This document shows positions 47,725-59,993 of a stretch of DNA of 64,000 nt, piece by piece. This stretch comes from Neodothiora populina (Eukaryota). The position numbers and the translations under genes are program-made. Positions within the stretch are counted from its first letter, which is position 1; every line of letters starts with the position of its first letter. The stretch is taken from assembly GCF_041146345.1 (NCBI RefSeq), contig NW_027191417.1, forward strand, positions 682,001-746,000. The letters are read 5' to 3'. Below the pieces are notes generated by a model. That model did not search any database. It was not told the DNA's origin and was given only the letters and a program-made list of their open reading frames with translations.

Positions 47725-49538
47725 TGCGTGTTTTATCATTAGCTGTGTCCGCCCGGGATGCGTGCAGTACTTGCGCTCTTTATTGCTACCTTGCTTTATC
47801 GCCAGGTAAAAGTGATATTCCGTTTACGGATGATTCTCAGCCAGGTCCTGGATGTCATATGCACGCAGCCGCAACAAACACCGCCTCCACGATAGTCGCT
47901 GTGATCGAAGCCACGCTGTGCAAAGTACACAGCGTCAGATGTACCGGTTGTGGAATATGCTGCACTGCAGAAAGTACCGCGGGAAGACTATACGATGGTA
48001 CAAACCCCAGTACGGCAAGAAACGTCGACGGCCGAGGACGAAACGTGGGGCGGCGTATACACAGTCGGATCAAGAGGCGCAATTCAGATCCCAATTAAGA
48101 TGACGAGGAGAAGTTTATTGATACTGCGAAAAAAAGACAAGAAAGAGAAATGGGGAGACCGCCACATCCGAAGAAGCTGTCACGATAACGAGAAGTCAGG
48201 GCAATGGTATTCTACCAAAGGACATGCATTCTGTGTGTATGTGTGTCTTCTGTCAAAATCGAGACTTTGGCACGCGCAGCCCTTCAGCACAACGACGAGC
48301 TGGCCACGAAGGAAAGAGGAGGATGGCAGATACCTGATTTGCTCATGGTACCCACAGCATTCCTGAATGTGCGATGTGCAGTTCTACAGAGTCATCTTTG
48401 GACCACACATGAGGGGTCCGCATCAAGAGAATGGAGAGCCTTTGCTTATATGGCAATTCAGGATGGTCAGAAACGATGAAATGGGGTTTTTCGTTGCGAT
48501 GCCTTGCTATCGAAGCGAGAAATTGCCAATTGTTGACTCACGACAAGCTTCGGGCATCTTTGCCTTGGGAAAACACTTTCGTCCGTCTCTGCAGAGCTCA
48601 ACATGGCTAGATTCCGTCATCTGCGTTGCTGATGTTGTGTCTCTGGACCGGGCTTAATATCCAGGCTCAGTCACAAAGGTTCAATCGGCCTCGAGTCTAC
48701 ACCTATCGCTGCAGATGAGACCCGCTCGGTTGTCGTGAACAGATCGGAGACGTCGTGCAGCAGGAAACGGACGCACTAAGACGTATGTTCCGACAGCGCT
48801 TCAGACAGCGCTGCAGCGTGGTTGGAGGAAAGACAGCTGCGCAGGGGATGTAGCAGGTGTTGCACCTCGGCTTCTTTCTTTCGTGGCAGAAAGCGTTCTG
48901 GAAGGCGCAGAGATATTCGAGGCCTAGTAACCACGCAATGAAAAACAAAAAGGCGATTTGTCTTGAGAAACCATGTCGTAATTCACCCGGGATCCCAGAC
49001 TTGGACGCAGTGTGCATACCTATACAAGTCCGGATACGTGAGACATGTATATGTAACGTAACGCACAAGACGTTGCGGGAAGGCAACATGAGCTCGGCGC
49101 TGGCATCCAGCTTGTATTTGATCGAAGGCAGCACCGTCGATGGGGTTCCAAGGTACGAAGTTCTTTGGAAAAGGGCGCCGGATCCGATACTTTTCATGAT
49201 GAGAGGTGGATATGCAGCATTACATTTCTCCCTTCAAGAACGTTGGCGATATCGGTGGGTGGTGGTGGTGGGGTGGGGGGTGTACTTCAACCCAGCAATC
49301 GGAAGGCGATGCGTTGTTCTTAGATTCACATTGTTCAGGGCCGTGATTTGGTTCTGCGTTCCAGAACCCAGGGACCACCAGGAGCCAGAAGCACAGCACA
49401 GCACAGCACAGCACATGGCCGCCTCCCCTGCATCCAGCACCTCTCCCAAGCAAAAGAATCTCTTCCATCCCATGGCGCGCCGCCCCCCCCCGCCCCTCCT
49501 CGATCCACAGGGCGCCAATACCAAAAAGCCAACAACAT

Positions 49539-49881
49539 CTAAGGATCGACAACCCGGATCTTCGGCATCTTCCTCTCGAGCTCCTCGCGGTCCTTTTCCG
49601 TCGGCGTGAACCCCAGAGTCTGCTCCGCTTGGTCCGAGAGGTATTGTCCTGCCAGCGCCCATGCTATCAGGCCTGCGCCGGCGTAGATCCGCGTGCGCGG
49701 GGTGAGGGTGCGGTAGTATCTGTTTTGGGGAAGCGTTAGGGTTCCGTCGCTGGGGCGTAAGGGGCGTTGGGGGGGGGGGGGAGCATGTAGAGAGAGAGGG
49801 GAATGTAGTCGATGTGCTTGCTAGCCGGTGTGATATTGCAGTGTTGGCTGAAAAGGAGAAGACTCACTGCCAGAGACCCAT
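49539..49881 (-). CDS. 64-aa single-pass membrane microprotein; exons 49881-49868, 49719-49539 (not in ORF track)
   Basis: ATGGGTCTCTGGCA/GTGAGT..CCTAAC..AACAG/A gives MGLWQYYRTLTPRTRIYAGAGLIAWALAGQYLSDQAEQTLGFTPTEKDREELERKMPKIRVVDP*; strong GC3 bias. Confidence 0.85.
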
Positions 49882-51238
49882 GGCTGAAATGCAAAATCAC
49901 CAGTTAGACAGAATGAAATACACCTTGTTTCTCCCTCAGATAACCACCAAACAATATACAAGAGCTCAAACCACAACCGGGTGTGCTCAAGACCTTAGAA
50001 TAGGAAACAAAAGACAATAAAGCGCAAGTTTCCGCTCAAGAATATCAAACACAACGAGAGAACTGTAGCGTCGTCAATTCAATCCTTAACGACCAGAGCA
50101 AACACAAGGTGTGCAACAGCAGCTGGCTATCCAAGACGCGGAGAGATGGAGAGAGAGAGAGAGCAGCAGTACTTTAGTACAGCAGTAGTAACAATTGCCC
50201 TCTGCACGGCTTTACCGTTACTTTTTGAACTTCCGGCAGAGACGGCGGAGGTTGATGCGATTGGCGGTTATGTGTGGGGCGGTCGGGCAGAACAAATGCG
50301 GCTCTGCTTATTAGCTACTTCTTTCACTCAGACGCTGCCCCTGCTTTAGGTAGTCGGACTGGACCCCGAGGATTAAGAGTGGATAACGATTTACCTTGTC
50401 ATCTTGTGGAGATCACGCACCTAGGTGAATATACAGAATAGACAAAAACAGCTGTGAGCCGCATTGGGAAGATCTACATATTAGCTATAAACGCCGTGAA
50501 CGCAAAAGAGCACGGTAGATCGTACGCTTAGTTGCTCGAGTACAGTAGTATATGGTGAGTGGTAAGGTGAGTAACGCAAGGTGATAAGACTCTCCGAGCT
50601 CGGGGATAAGATAAGATAAGATAAAACAAACGCCGCACCTCGATCCGACCGACGCCTTCATTGTGGACATTTGTATTTTTTTTTGTCGTCGAGGAGCCCC
50701 GCGATTTCATGAGGTTTGTACTTGTACAGTGAGGTAAGGTAGGTACAGTACAGTAACTCTGACGAACCTTGTGCGGCATCCGGACCGTGAGCGCAGCTGG
50801 GCCTTAGCTTTGGCCTGAGGTAGTTCTGAGTGTTTGATTATTATCCAGGGTACTGGTAGTGGGGGGTTTTGGCTATTGGTTGTAGACGAGGATATATGCG
50901 CGTATAACATCGTGTAGTATATCAGAACAACAAATTGGTGTAGGCGAATGCCTGTAAGCATGAAAAAAGGAGGATACTAGGTAGTCCAAATCTTCAATGT
51001 ACAGTACCGGACTTCCCCCCACTTGAAGAACGAATACATGGGGGCAGGCAGGTTCGGGTGTATCACCGAAGAACCATAGATTTTGATGGTTATGTAGAAA
51101 AGAAAAAGGAAGAAAAAAGACCTGTGCGTTAATTGTCGAACACGTTAACGGCTTACTATGCCTCTGTACCTTACATGCCTTCAAGAGAGATGCTCCTTTC
51201 CACAACCATCGTCGTTGCTCAATCTCATCGAAGTAATC

Positions 51239-52480
51239 CTACCGCGGCAGACCACCAGTGGAATAACCACGTGGTTTACTATGCGTTGTCGGACTCTCAG
51301 CGTGCTCATGACCATCATGCATATCCTCGGCCAGCTCGGTGGCTTCGGAATCCAGACTGTCGTGGTCCAGCTGCTGCTGCTGTTGTTGCTGCTGCTGCGA
51401 GACTCTATCAACGAACGGTGTTTCGCGCGTCGCTGCGTGACGAGGTAGCGAGGACGGTGGGATATGGACTATGGGCGGACTGCTGGACGGGCCGCGTTGC
51501 ATGGGCATGAAGCGACCCGAGAAGATGTTGGGCGTCATGTCGGGTGCTGATAGGAGGCCTAGTCCGTAAGGCATGCCGCTGCCTTGGGCGACTGTCCTGA
51601 CCCGCGGATGAGAAGGGGGTGAGGTCGGAGGGGTAGTGTTATTGGCGTCACTGCTGCGCTGGAAGTCGAACTGCACCTCGCGACGAGCTGGATAGGGCGT
51701 GGCTTGCTTCGGGGAATCGGGCAGTCGCAGGCGAGAAAAGGGCACGTTGACTTGATTCGTGCGCACCTTGTAGATGGCGACTTTGAGGCGCATGTTCAGC
51801 ATTTCGGCGCGGGATCGAAGACTGTCAGAGGCGGAGAGAGCGTGTTGTCGGGCTGTTGCTGGCGTGTGAGTGGTGTGGGCGGCGACTGAGGGGGCCACGA
51901 AATTGAGAGCTTGCGATGCCAGGGCTTGTTGAGATGAAGGATCATAATTGATCAGTGAATCGAAAGATCCTCTCGTGCGATTCGAGTCCTGTGACCCGCG
52001 CCCGCTGTCTTCGTCAGACTCCTTCTCAGGACTGCGTCTCGCGTCATTGTTGGATGTTGGAGGTGGCAAGTGCCTCGAGGACGACGAGAAGGAGGAAGCA
52101 TCGTCAGGTCTCCGTCTCGCAAATGCAGAGACATTGCTCGTGACCGATTGCCCTTGTGATAGACGCCTTCTCTTGAGATATGTGAAGCCCTTTCCACTGT
52201 CCAGGATATCCTTGAAGCCTCTCTTCAGCGGGCTCAGCGACGACGACGACGACGACACACTCTTCATGCCGAGGTCGAGCTCACTATCGCTGGTCTTTCC
52301 TTTCGCGATGGGTTTATTTGGCGTGAGATCTCGCAACGCGGGTCTCCCGAGTGATTTGTTCACGTTCATATTGGCGAATGGCCCGGGTTTCGTTGCAGTC
52401 ATCTTCCGAGGCGTGTTGTTCGCGTTTTCCATGTTCTCGTCGACAATGTGTTGAGCTCGGCCTTGTGTGGTCGACGCCAT
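51239..52480 (-). CDS. Whi5/Nrm1-family G1/S transcriptional repressor
   Basis: GTB-like motif AEMLNMRLKVAIYKVRTNQ; N-terminal D-box-like RPALRDLTPN; many S/T-P sites; poly-Q near C-terminus. Confidence 0.85.
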   Translation of the reverse strand: MASTTQGRAQHIVDENMENANNTPRKMTATKPGPFANMNVNKSLGRPALRDLTPNKPIAKGKTSDSELDLGMKSVSSSSSSLSPLKRGFKDILDSGKGFTYLKRRRLSQGQSVTSNVSAFARRRPDDASSFSSSSRHLPPPTSNNDARRSPEKESDEDSGRGSQDSNRTRGSFDSLINYDPSSQQALASQALNFVAPSVAAHTTHTPATARQHALSASDSLRSRAEMLNMRLKVAIYKVRTNQVNVPFSRLRLPDSPKQATPYPARREVQFDFQRSSDANNTTPPTSPPSHPRVRTVAQGSGMPYGLGLLSAPDMTPNIFSGRFMPMQRGPSSSPPIVHIPPSSLPRHAATRETPFVDRVSQQQQQQQQQLDHDSLDSEATELAEDMHDGHEHAESPTTHSKPRGYSTGGLPR

Positions 52481-53056
52481 GCTTGAAGTGCTGTGCTTTG
52501 GTGCGATACTACAAGCCTTTTCTGCTGTATCACTCGTGATAGCCAGAGATCAGATCACTTCTCCGATCTCCAAGCAAGTAGCACGTTGACGGTCAAACCC
52601 TCTGGTAGCAACTATGATAGAAGACGACTGTTTGCGACAATTGGTGTATTATTTGGATCGAGTCAATGACCGGGAAATAGGGAGGAGGCACAAGACTCGC
52701 TGGAGCAGCGGGATTGAACCAAACCAGGAGCTTGTGGGGGGCTTTTGGCGTTCCCTTAGTGCATCATCATGCATGAACCTTGACGGCACTTTTAGACGAC
52801 CAACGTTTCTCTATCTTACCTTACTGTCCCTTGCCTACAGTACACTAGACCTAATCAGACTCTGCTTCTTTCTCTTGTTGCAATTAGACCCGTTTGCACT
52901 ATGGTGTTATTTGTATGAGAGCGACAGACGACCGTTATAATGCCTTTTACCATGCCATGGGAATCATCAAAAACCACGCGCTGGTGCAGAAACGCTCATA
53001 AAAATGATGGAAAAGAACAGGAAGCAAGCGCGCGCCTCTCTCTCTCTCTCTCCTTT

Positions 53057-55389
53057 TCATCGAGTCTCGTCCGAGTCCATCATGTTGACTGCCCCCATCA
53101 TCCCCGTAACGTGTTGTGCCTCTCTGGCTGCGGGATAAGAAGCCCCGCTGGCGTCGACATTGCCTATTCCGTTTCGCTGCACTGACCCTGCCCCCGAGGG
53201 ACCTTGTTGTGGAGGTGTGGCTGTCCGACTCATCGGGTGTGATCCGGCGTAGTTCGATGCATGTGCCCACATGACTCCACCCATCCCAGTCCACGATTGT
53301 GTTCGCGTCGGCGCTCTTTGTTGAGGCAGCATGTTAGGTAGCAGACCAAGACCATGTGGCGTCGTCATGGCAAGCGCATTGTCGTTCCCCGGTGTTGAGT
53401 GTACTCGAACGTCCAGGAAAGCCTCTGGTGACCCTTGACCTACTAATCCCATGCGCTCATCGCCTTGCGCATCCACCGGCATCTCCTCGTCCTCCATCTC
53501 CTCGTCGTCCACACCATCGTGATCGACGTGCGGCCAGTGTGTCAGATTCGTGCCAGCCATCTGTCGATGCGTCGGTGGCACAGGCACCTCACCATCCTCG
53601 TCGTCAGAGTCAACAATGCCGGTTTCTAGAGCGGCATCCGTGCCTCCTCCGTTGAGATATTCCCGAAGACGAGCGACCCCGGTGCCAGAAAATACACAGA
53701 AGACTTCGCGCTGGTGATCATTAAACTCCGAAGGCGCCTCGCGACAGAAGACGGTGAGGTCGTCTCGCAAGAAAGCCTGCACGCCGGTCAGGGATAGATG
53801 CGTGAGACGCGGACAATTGTTGAGCAGAGTATGGATGCCCTGTCAATGTGCGTCAGTATCCAAGAGTAATCACAAGGAACCAACGTCAAACTTACGTCAA
53901 GCGTCAACTGGGTGCAGTAGCTCAGATGAACCCTCTCCAACGCGCTGACGCCATGCGAACGCTCCTTTGGTCGACTCATGATCCGGCCGCCGTATGTGGC
54001 GAGCGCTTGAATGCTTCGATCCGTTATGCCTGCACACTTGACAAGCCCGACGCGCTTGAGCTTGGGAAGGTTGGCCAACTGCGTTATGCTGACATCAGTA
54101 AGATTGCTGCAGCAAGCCAGGTCGATGTAGCGGATTCTGTTGCAAGCTTTCGCCAGCGCGACAATGGAAGCGTCGGTTATGCGCGCGCAGTGGCCAAGGT
54201 GAATGTAGTGCAAGTTCTTACCCAGCCTCGTGATTGCCCAAACGGCACGATCGGTGAGCTGGCGGCACTTTGCGAGAATCAAGTTTCTCAATCTCGGACA
54301 CAGGGAGACGATCTTCTCGATGGCTTTATCACCGAGCTCTGAGCAATCAGTAAGATCGAGTATGCGGAGAGCATCGAACAGCGGTGTCTTCGCCGGGATA
54401 GAGAGGAAAGCAAAATCGGTGATGCCAGGACATCTGGCAAGGCGCAATTCGCGAAGAGCGGGACAGGAGGTCATGAGCGCAGTGATGGAAGTGGATTCGA
54501 GTAGCGGTAGATCGTAGAGATCGATCTCTAATAAATGTGTGCTGTTGTCGGCAACAGTCGTTATGGCATTGTCGGTGATTTGCGCACAGCTATTGCATTT
54601 GAGCTGGAGAGGGGTTAGCAACATTGATCCTGAGTATTGAATATTGCAACAAACCCTTTTGAGATGCCTGCAGTTCTTAGCAACGGCAATAAGCGAAGCA
54701 TCTGTCAAGTTCCGACACCCAGTGATGTTCAATCCTTGTAGGCGCAAGCAATTATCAGCAACGACCATGAGGGTCTCGTCCGTGAGCTCGCTCAATCCGG
54801 TGACGTCCAGGGCTATGAGACTCTTGTTGCCCTTTATTAGGGGCATGAGGCTCTCATCGTGGAGTTTTGTGCAGTTGGTCAGGGTCAGGCGTTCGATGCG
54901 CTTGCAGCTAAGGAAGCCGTGTAGGGTGCCATCGCTGACCTGACTGGCCAGAGTCGATAGATTCAGTCTTTTGACGAGGTCCTGGTAGGCGAAGAATTTG
55001 TCTGCCTTGACGATGGAACGAGCGACGCTCTGGACTGCTCTCCAGTTGTTGGTCTGCGGTCGATGCCATAGCAATCCCACGCTATTCCTCGCCCATTCTT
55101 TTGACACTAGTGTGCATGAGCGCAGGTCCGTCGTTGACGAGAGACGAGAGAAGATGGCTATGAGGAGCTCTGCAGGTAGACGATAGACGGGCGAAACGCG
55201 ACATCGTTCTTCGTATTCTGCGTTGCTCATCTCCTCAGGGGGAACCGAAGGAGCCAGGGAGGAAGCCGAGTCGTTTGCTTGCATCATAAATGAGTCATTG
55301 TCATCGTCCACTCCGCGCTCTGGCGAGGTTGAAGACGAGGACGAGTTGGAGGCATCCGACATGCGATGCTGCCGTCGAGCTCGTGACAT
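53057..55389 (-). CDS. GRR1: SCF F-box/LRR protein Grr1 (GrrA); exons 55389-54655, 54603-53896, 53839-53057
   Basis: F-box LPAELLIAIFSRL, VGLLWHRP, CKRIERLTLTNC, LRRs, LERVHLSYC, LTHLSLTGVQAFLR, FNDHQREVFCVFSG. Confidence 0.96.
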
Positions 55390-56764
55390 GATGGCTTTGT
55401 GTTACTCCCTGTCTCTTGATATTGACTTCCTCGAACGCTTGTCCAGCGTTCTTCACGCCTCTCACACACTCTTTATGGTCTTTGCGGAAGCAGAGCGCAC
55501 TTATTCGAAAGAGTGACCGAACGCAGAGAGTGGTGTTATAATTACTACTGATGCCGCCAACAAGGGGGTGGGAGTAGAAGCGATAGTACGATACACAGGC
55601 CGGGAGTCCGGAGCTGAGGAGCAATCACGGCGTTAAGCTATGCACCCGTCAACGCCTCTGCAGAAAGAAGTATAATATATATCCTCTCGGTATGCACGAA
55701 ACAGAAAAACAATTAAGTTGCGATTATGTCTCTGTACCTGGACTGTCCGATGGTGGGGAGGGGCAGGTTCGGCTTTGGGCTCAGGCACGAGCGCGTGTTA
55801 TGGCTGTAATGTTGCTGGTGCTGCCTTATTTAGGTTGCCGATGATGGATGATGCGGACGGATGGTCCTTGTGCTTCTCACGTGTGTTTATGCAATGTAAG
55901 GTATAGGACAAACTTTGGGAAAATGCTGTACCGATCGAAAAGGTCCGTTGATAGAATCCCGGCACTATTGTTGGCTGGAGTTGGGCCTGCACGCCAGACT
56001 GGAAAGGGGAGGGGTATAACAATAGGATGGGCTGGGCGGCAAAGGCGAAAAGGCGCGTAATGCTACTTGTATAACAGTTTGTTGGTGCCTAAGGCGGATT
56101 GAGCTTGTCCGAGTCAGGCGTAAAGACACTTCTGCACTCTCAACCACAATATATGGATTGTCTGTTTCTCTTCCGAATACTGAACACTCTAATCGTCGTG
56201 TCTTCACTATGTTCTCGCTGACTATTCTGGCTGCTCTGCGTGGCAATATCAGAGGAAGGTTGGGAATAAAACACATGTGTAAACCACAAAAGGCTCTAGG
56301 TGAGGCAAAGTAGGTAGTCAATCAGGAACACGAACCGCCCCCACCATCTGATCCCCAGCGCCTATCCCGTTCCGCTCGGCGCTTCGGGGCGCAGAGTCGC
56401 CGTTCGTCATCATCGCATGACGTGACATCGGCGTTTATGATCCACAAGGTTAAGGTATTGTTATGGTACCACAAACAACTCAACAATGGTTCAGCACATG
56501 CTTTCTCAAGCCACCACAGGCATTCTCGTACAACACTTCATGTGTGGCAATCCTGTTTCTCATAGACACTTATGCACAAGTAGCCTGCTGCTGCCTGCTG
56601 CTGGGCAAGACATTCAAATGCAACAGGGCATGATTGAAATAAGTAGATGATGCGGGGAAAAAGCCCATGTGCAGAGCTCTTCCTGTACATGCTACATGCT
56701 ACATGTTACATGCACTCCATGTTATATTACAGCGCCATTCATCCAAAGCGCTCGAGCCTCGATG

Positions 56765-59700
56765 CTACACTTCTCTGACTCTCATCGTTCTTCTTTGAGC
56801 CATGTCGCCTGAACTAGGTGCAGCTATCTCAGTCTCCACTAGCTCAATCCCACTGAGACTCGGATATCTCTTGCTGAAGTCTGCTTCCCAGTCATCCACG
56901 GCGCCGCCATAGCTACGCTGGTCCATGCTCGCTGGCTCGTCTACCTGTCGTTCTTCGACTCCTCCCGGCGGCGATGCTGCGCCTTCGTTGTCTCGTGCAA
57001 GTAGAGCTGCCAGGCTCGGCCCTCTGCCGGTGCCTTGATATATCTGCGGTTGGGCCTGACCAAATCCTTGATCTTGCGATGAAGCCGACGATGACGATGT
57101 GGTCGGCCGTCCCGACTGCTGCTTACCACTCGAACCTGTCTGAAGAGTCTTAGGCTTCGGAGGTGCGCTGGGTCTCGACATTGAATGTGATGTCAGCGAA
57201 CTGGATCCCGTAGGCACAGCCGCAACTGTGGGCTGACTAGGCGGTGCTTGTGCAGACCGAGCCTTTCTATAAGGAAGTGTGGCCGGCGGCTCTGGCTTGG
57301 GAGCCGATTGAGGCATGAAGGGCTTGCGTGCCACTGTCGGGGGTGGCATCCTGCGGGCCTGAGGTGCCGCTGGTTCTTCCCGCTCTTCAACCTCTCCTGT
57401 GTAACGACCATAGCCCTCTGCTGTTCTCTTAGGCTTAGAGGACTGTCGTCCCTCGTCAAGGAACGCTTGAACCCTCTGCTGGATTGCGCTTGCCTTGTTA
57501 GATGGCGGTGGCGGTCCACCGGTCTTACGGCTTCGATATTCTTCCGCAGCTTGAGCAACCCGTCTCTCTTCGATGCTAGCCTTATGTCTCTCGAGCTCTC
57601 TTCGCATCTCTGGTGGTAGATCTTCCGTTTCGAACCCAAGCTCGGGATCATCGCCCCTTCGTGGAGGTGTCGCTGTCGCTTCAGATCCAGAGATCGGACT
57701 CAGTGGGAACTCATTGCGATTGCCTTGGGGGCGAGGGCTAGGCGTTCGAACAGGCGGCTGCTCGTCTCTCTCGTCATGTGGGTTTCGCTCGGTACTTTTG
57801 GTGCGCTCAAAGCGCTTGAACGCATCCCCAAACTTGTTCATTAAAGTCGGGAGGCTAGCCCGCTTCTTGTGTACGACCGAGCTGTCGCGACTCCTTGACT
57901 TCTCGCCCTCCAGGCTTCGCAGAAAATCTCTGTCGTTCTCGATACTCGTCTCCTCAACGAACTCATCGTTGGTCGGAATAGATCTGGAGGACCGGCGTAT
58001 ATCAAGCGAAGGTCGTTTCCGCTCGGCAGATTCCCGTTCTTGACTACGTAGGTAATCCAGGTTGGATTCGACGAATGCCGCACTGACTGGCCTAGGTCTG
58101 ATCGAGTTGGCAGATCTAGCACGACTTACGCTCTCTCCAGTGTATAGCTGCGACACCCGTCGGCCCTCTAACGACGGCCGAGAGGATGATGGAGATGCGA
58201 GAGTGACTGTGGCCGTCTGAGATTTAGACCTATGAATGTCTAACATGGCAGGCCGGTTGGTATGGTGGCTGCTCGGCTGAAGAGAGTCCGCTGCGGCCTG
58301 CGCAGCGAGGCGACGCGCGTAGCTGATCAGACCCGCGACTGACCTCGGGGACACGCCAAATCGGCCGTTTGCTGATATCCGGTAACGATATGTTGGCAGG
58401 GGGGGAAGCAATTGAGGTGGCCGGTGGTGACGGAGAAGTCATGGTGCCAGTCGATGAATAGCCTGGTCTGACCGGGCTAGGCTGGTACAACGTAGACTGT
58501 GGCCTTGAGGACTTCGTCTCCATACCGGTGGTCTTTGGGTTCCTTACCGACGTGGATCGCTGTGGGACCGCTGACCTCGACTCCGGTTTCGGGGGAGCAG
58601 CGCCGACCGGCTTTGTAGTTGCGAAGACTTGATCCGCCAGGGCGTTGGTGAGATTGTTGTTGGCATTCGGATCGGGCTTCGCTGATGCGAAATTGAAGGA
58701 GGATCCCTTGTCTAGAGCGATAGAGAAGTCGTCGATGGAAGGGAAGCGGGAGGCCAGCTCATCCACAGCGCCAGCGCGGACATTGTGGTCTCTCGAGTCT
58801 AGAGCAGCGAATGGATCTCCTTGAGCAGGAGCAGCAGCGGGAGCAGCGGGGGGAGCGGCTTTTGCTGCTACGGGCAGAGTTTGGGCAGCAGTAGGTCGAC
58901 CTCTCCTCATAGGCGCAATGTCAGGAACAACTTGCCTCTTCTCGGGGGGCGGGGCATGACTGATGCCTGCTGGGGGAGGCGATGCGATCGGGGTGGTCGA
59001 AGGCAATTGTTGGGTATGGCGTGCTTCTGAATGGGTGCGGTTCGAGTAGATGTCCTTGATGGGCGGCTCAGTGCCACGCATGGCACAGACTTCTTTCACG
59101 ACCTGATAAATACTCGGCCTCTGTTTGGGGTCCTCCTTGAGCATCCAAGCGATGAAACGCTTCAAGCGATCGGAGAAAGGAGGATAAGGGGGGTATTTGT
59201 AGCTGGCATTCAAGATTGCCATCTGGCCGACGTCTTCAAACGGGGTAGTGTAATAGCACAGCTTGTATAGTAGGACGCCCAATGCCCAGATGTCACTCTT
59301 TTCATCAATGGGTTGTCTCCTCCACACGTCGACCATTTCAGGGCTCCGGTATTGCATGGTCGTGTGCTTTTGAATGTCCTCTTCTATCAACCTGCCCTCT
59401 GTAGCATTGGTTGCGGCGGGCCGCGGGGGAGCGGTACTTCCAAAGTCACACAACTTGTAGGTGACATGACCAGAGGAAGATTTGGAGATGAGGACGTTCT
59501 CCACCTTGAGATCACGATGCAGCAGGGGAGGCTTGAGGTAGTGCATGGTAGCGACGCCCTCGGCGACATGGGCGAAGATCTTGAGGATCTCGGGCTCGGT
59601 CAGGCGGTGTTGCAGGCGAGTGTTCATGAAATCTATCAGTCCTCCAGCGGAACAGTACTCCATGAGCAGGAAGACCTCATATCCGCCTCCTTTCAATTGA

Positions 59701-59993
59701 CTCGCGTGGCTGTCGAAGTAGCGCACGATCTGCTTGTGACCCTGCAACTTCTTCATCGTCTCGACTTCGGTGCGCATGTTGGCGAGAGCATCCTTGTCCG
59801 GGCAGGCGACGCGCTTGAGGACAGCGACAGTATGTCCACCCTCGGGTGTGGGGACTCGGACAACGTAGACATGAGCGAACCCTCCCTCGGACAGATACTT
59901 CTCAATGACGACGCGGTGTGAGCCCACCTGGACCTTGGTACCCGGCACAAAGGTGCCCGGGGGGATGTTCGAGCCAGGCATAGCCATCGCCAT
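56765..59993 (-). CDS. Ark1/Prk1/Akl1-like (NAK family) Ser/Thr kinase, split over two frames near 58300-58345
   Basis: LSEGGFAHVYVV, AVLKRV, LLMEYCSAGGLIDFMNTRL, HRDLKVEN, KLCDFGS, TTMQYRSPEM, DPF motif; second ORF carries RPSAPPKP and FSKRYPSLSGIELVETEI; can be joined by a 46-nt GTCAGT..CAG intron (58343-58298). Confidence 0.9.

Noticed and set aside
47850..49250. Several overlapping 80-250 aa ORFs
   Set aside because: No recognisable motifs or consistent splice model.
50873..51241. Open frame continuing ~120 codons past the Whi5/Nrm1-like TAG
   Set aside because: No known readthrough context (TAG G) and UTR-like composition.
52941..52952. GCCTTTTAC identical to U5 snRNA loop I
   Set aside because: No flanking stem or Sm site; lies in the GRR1 3' UTR.
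56686..56713. (TACATGC)x4 and other short tandem repeats, e.g. (ATGC)n at ~24870, (GCACA)n at ~49391, (GATAA)n at ~50606
   Set aside because: Ordinary slippage repeats without spacers; not CRISPR-like.
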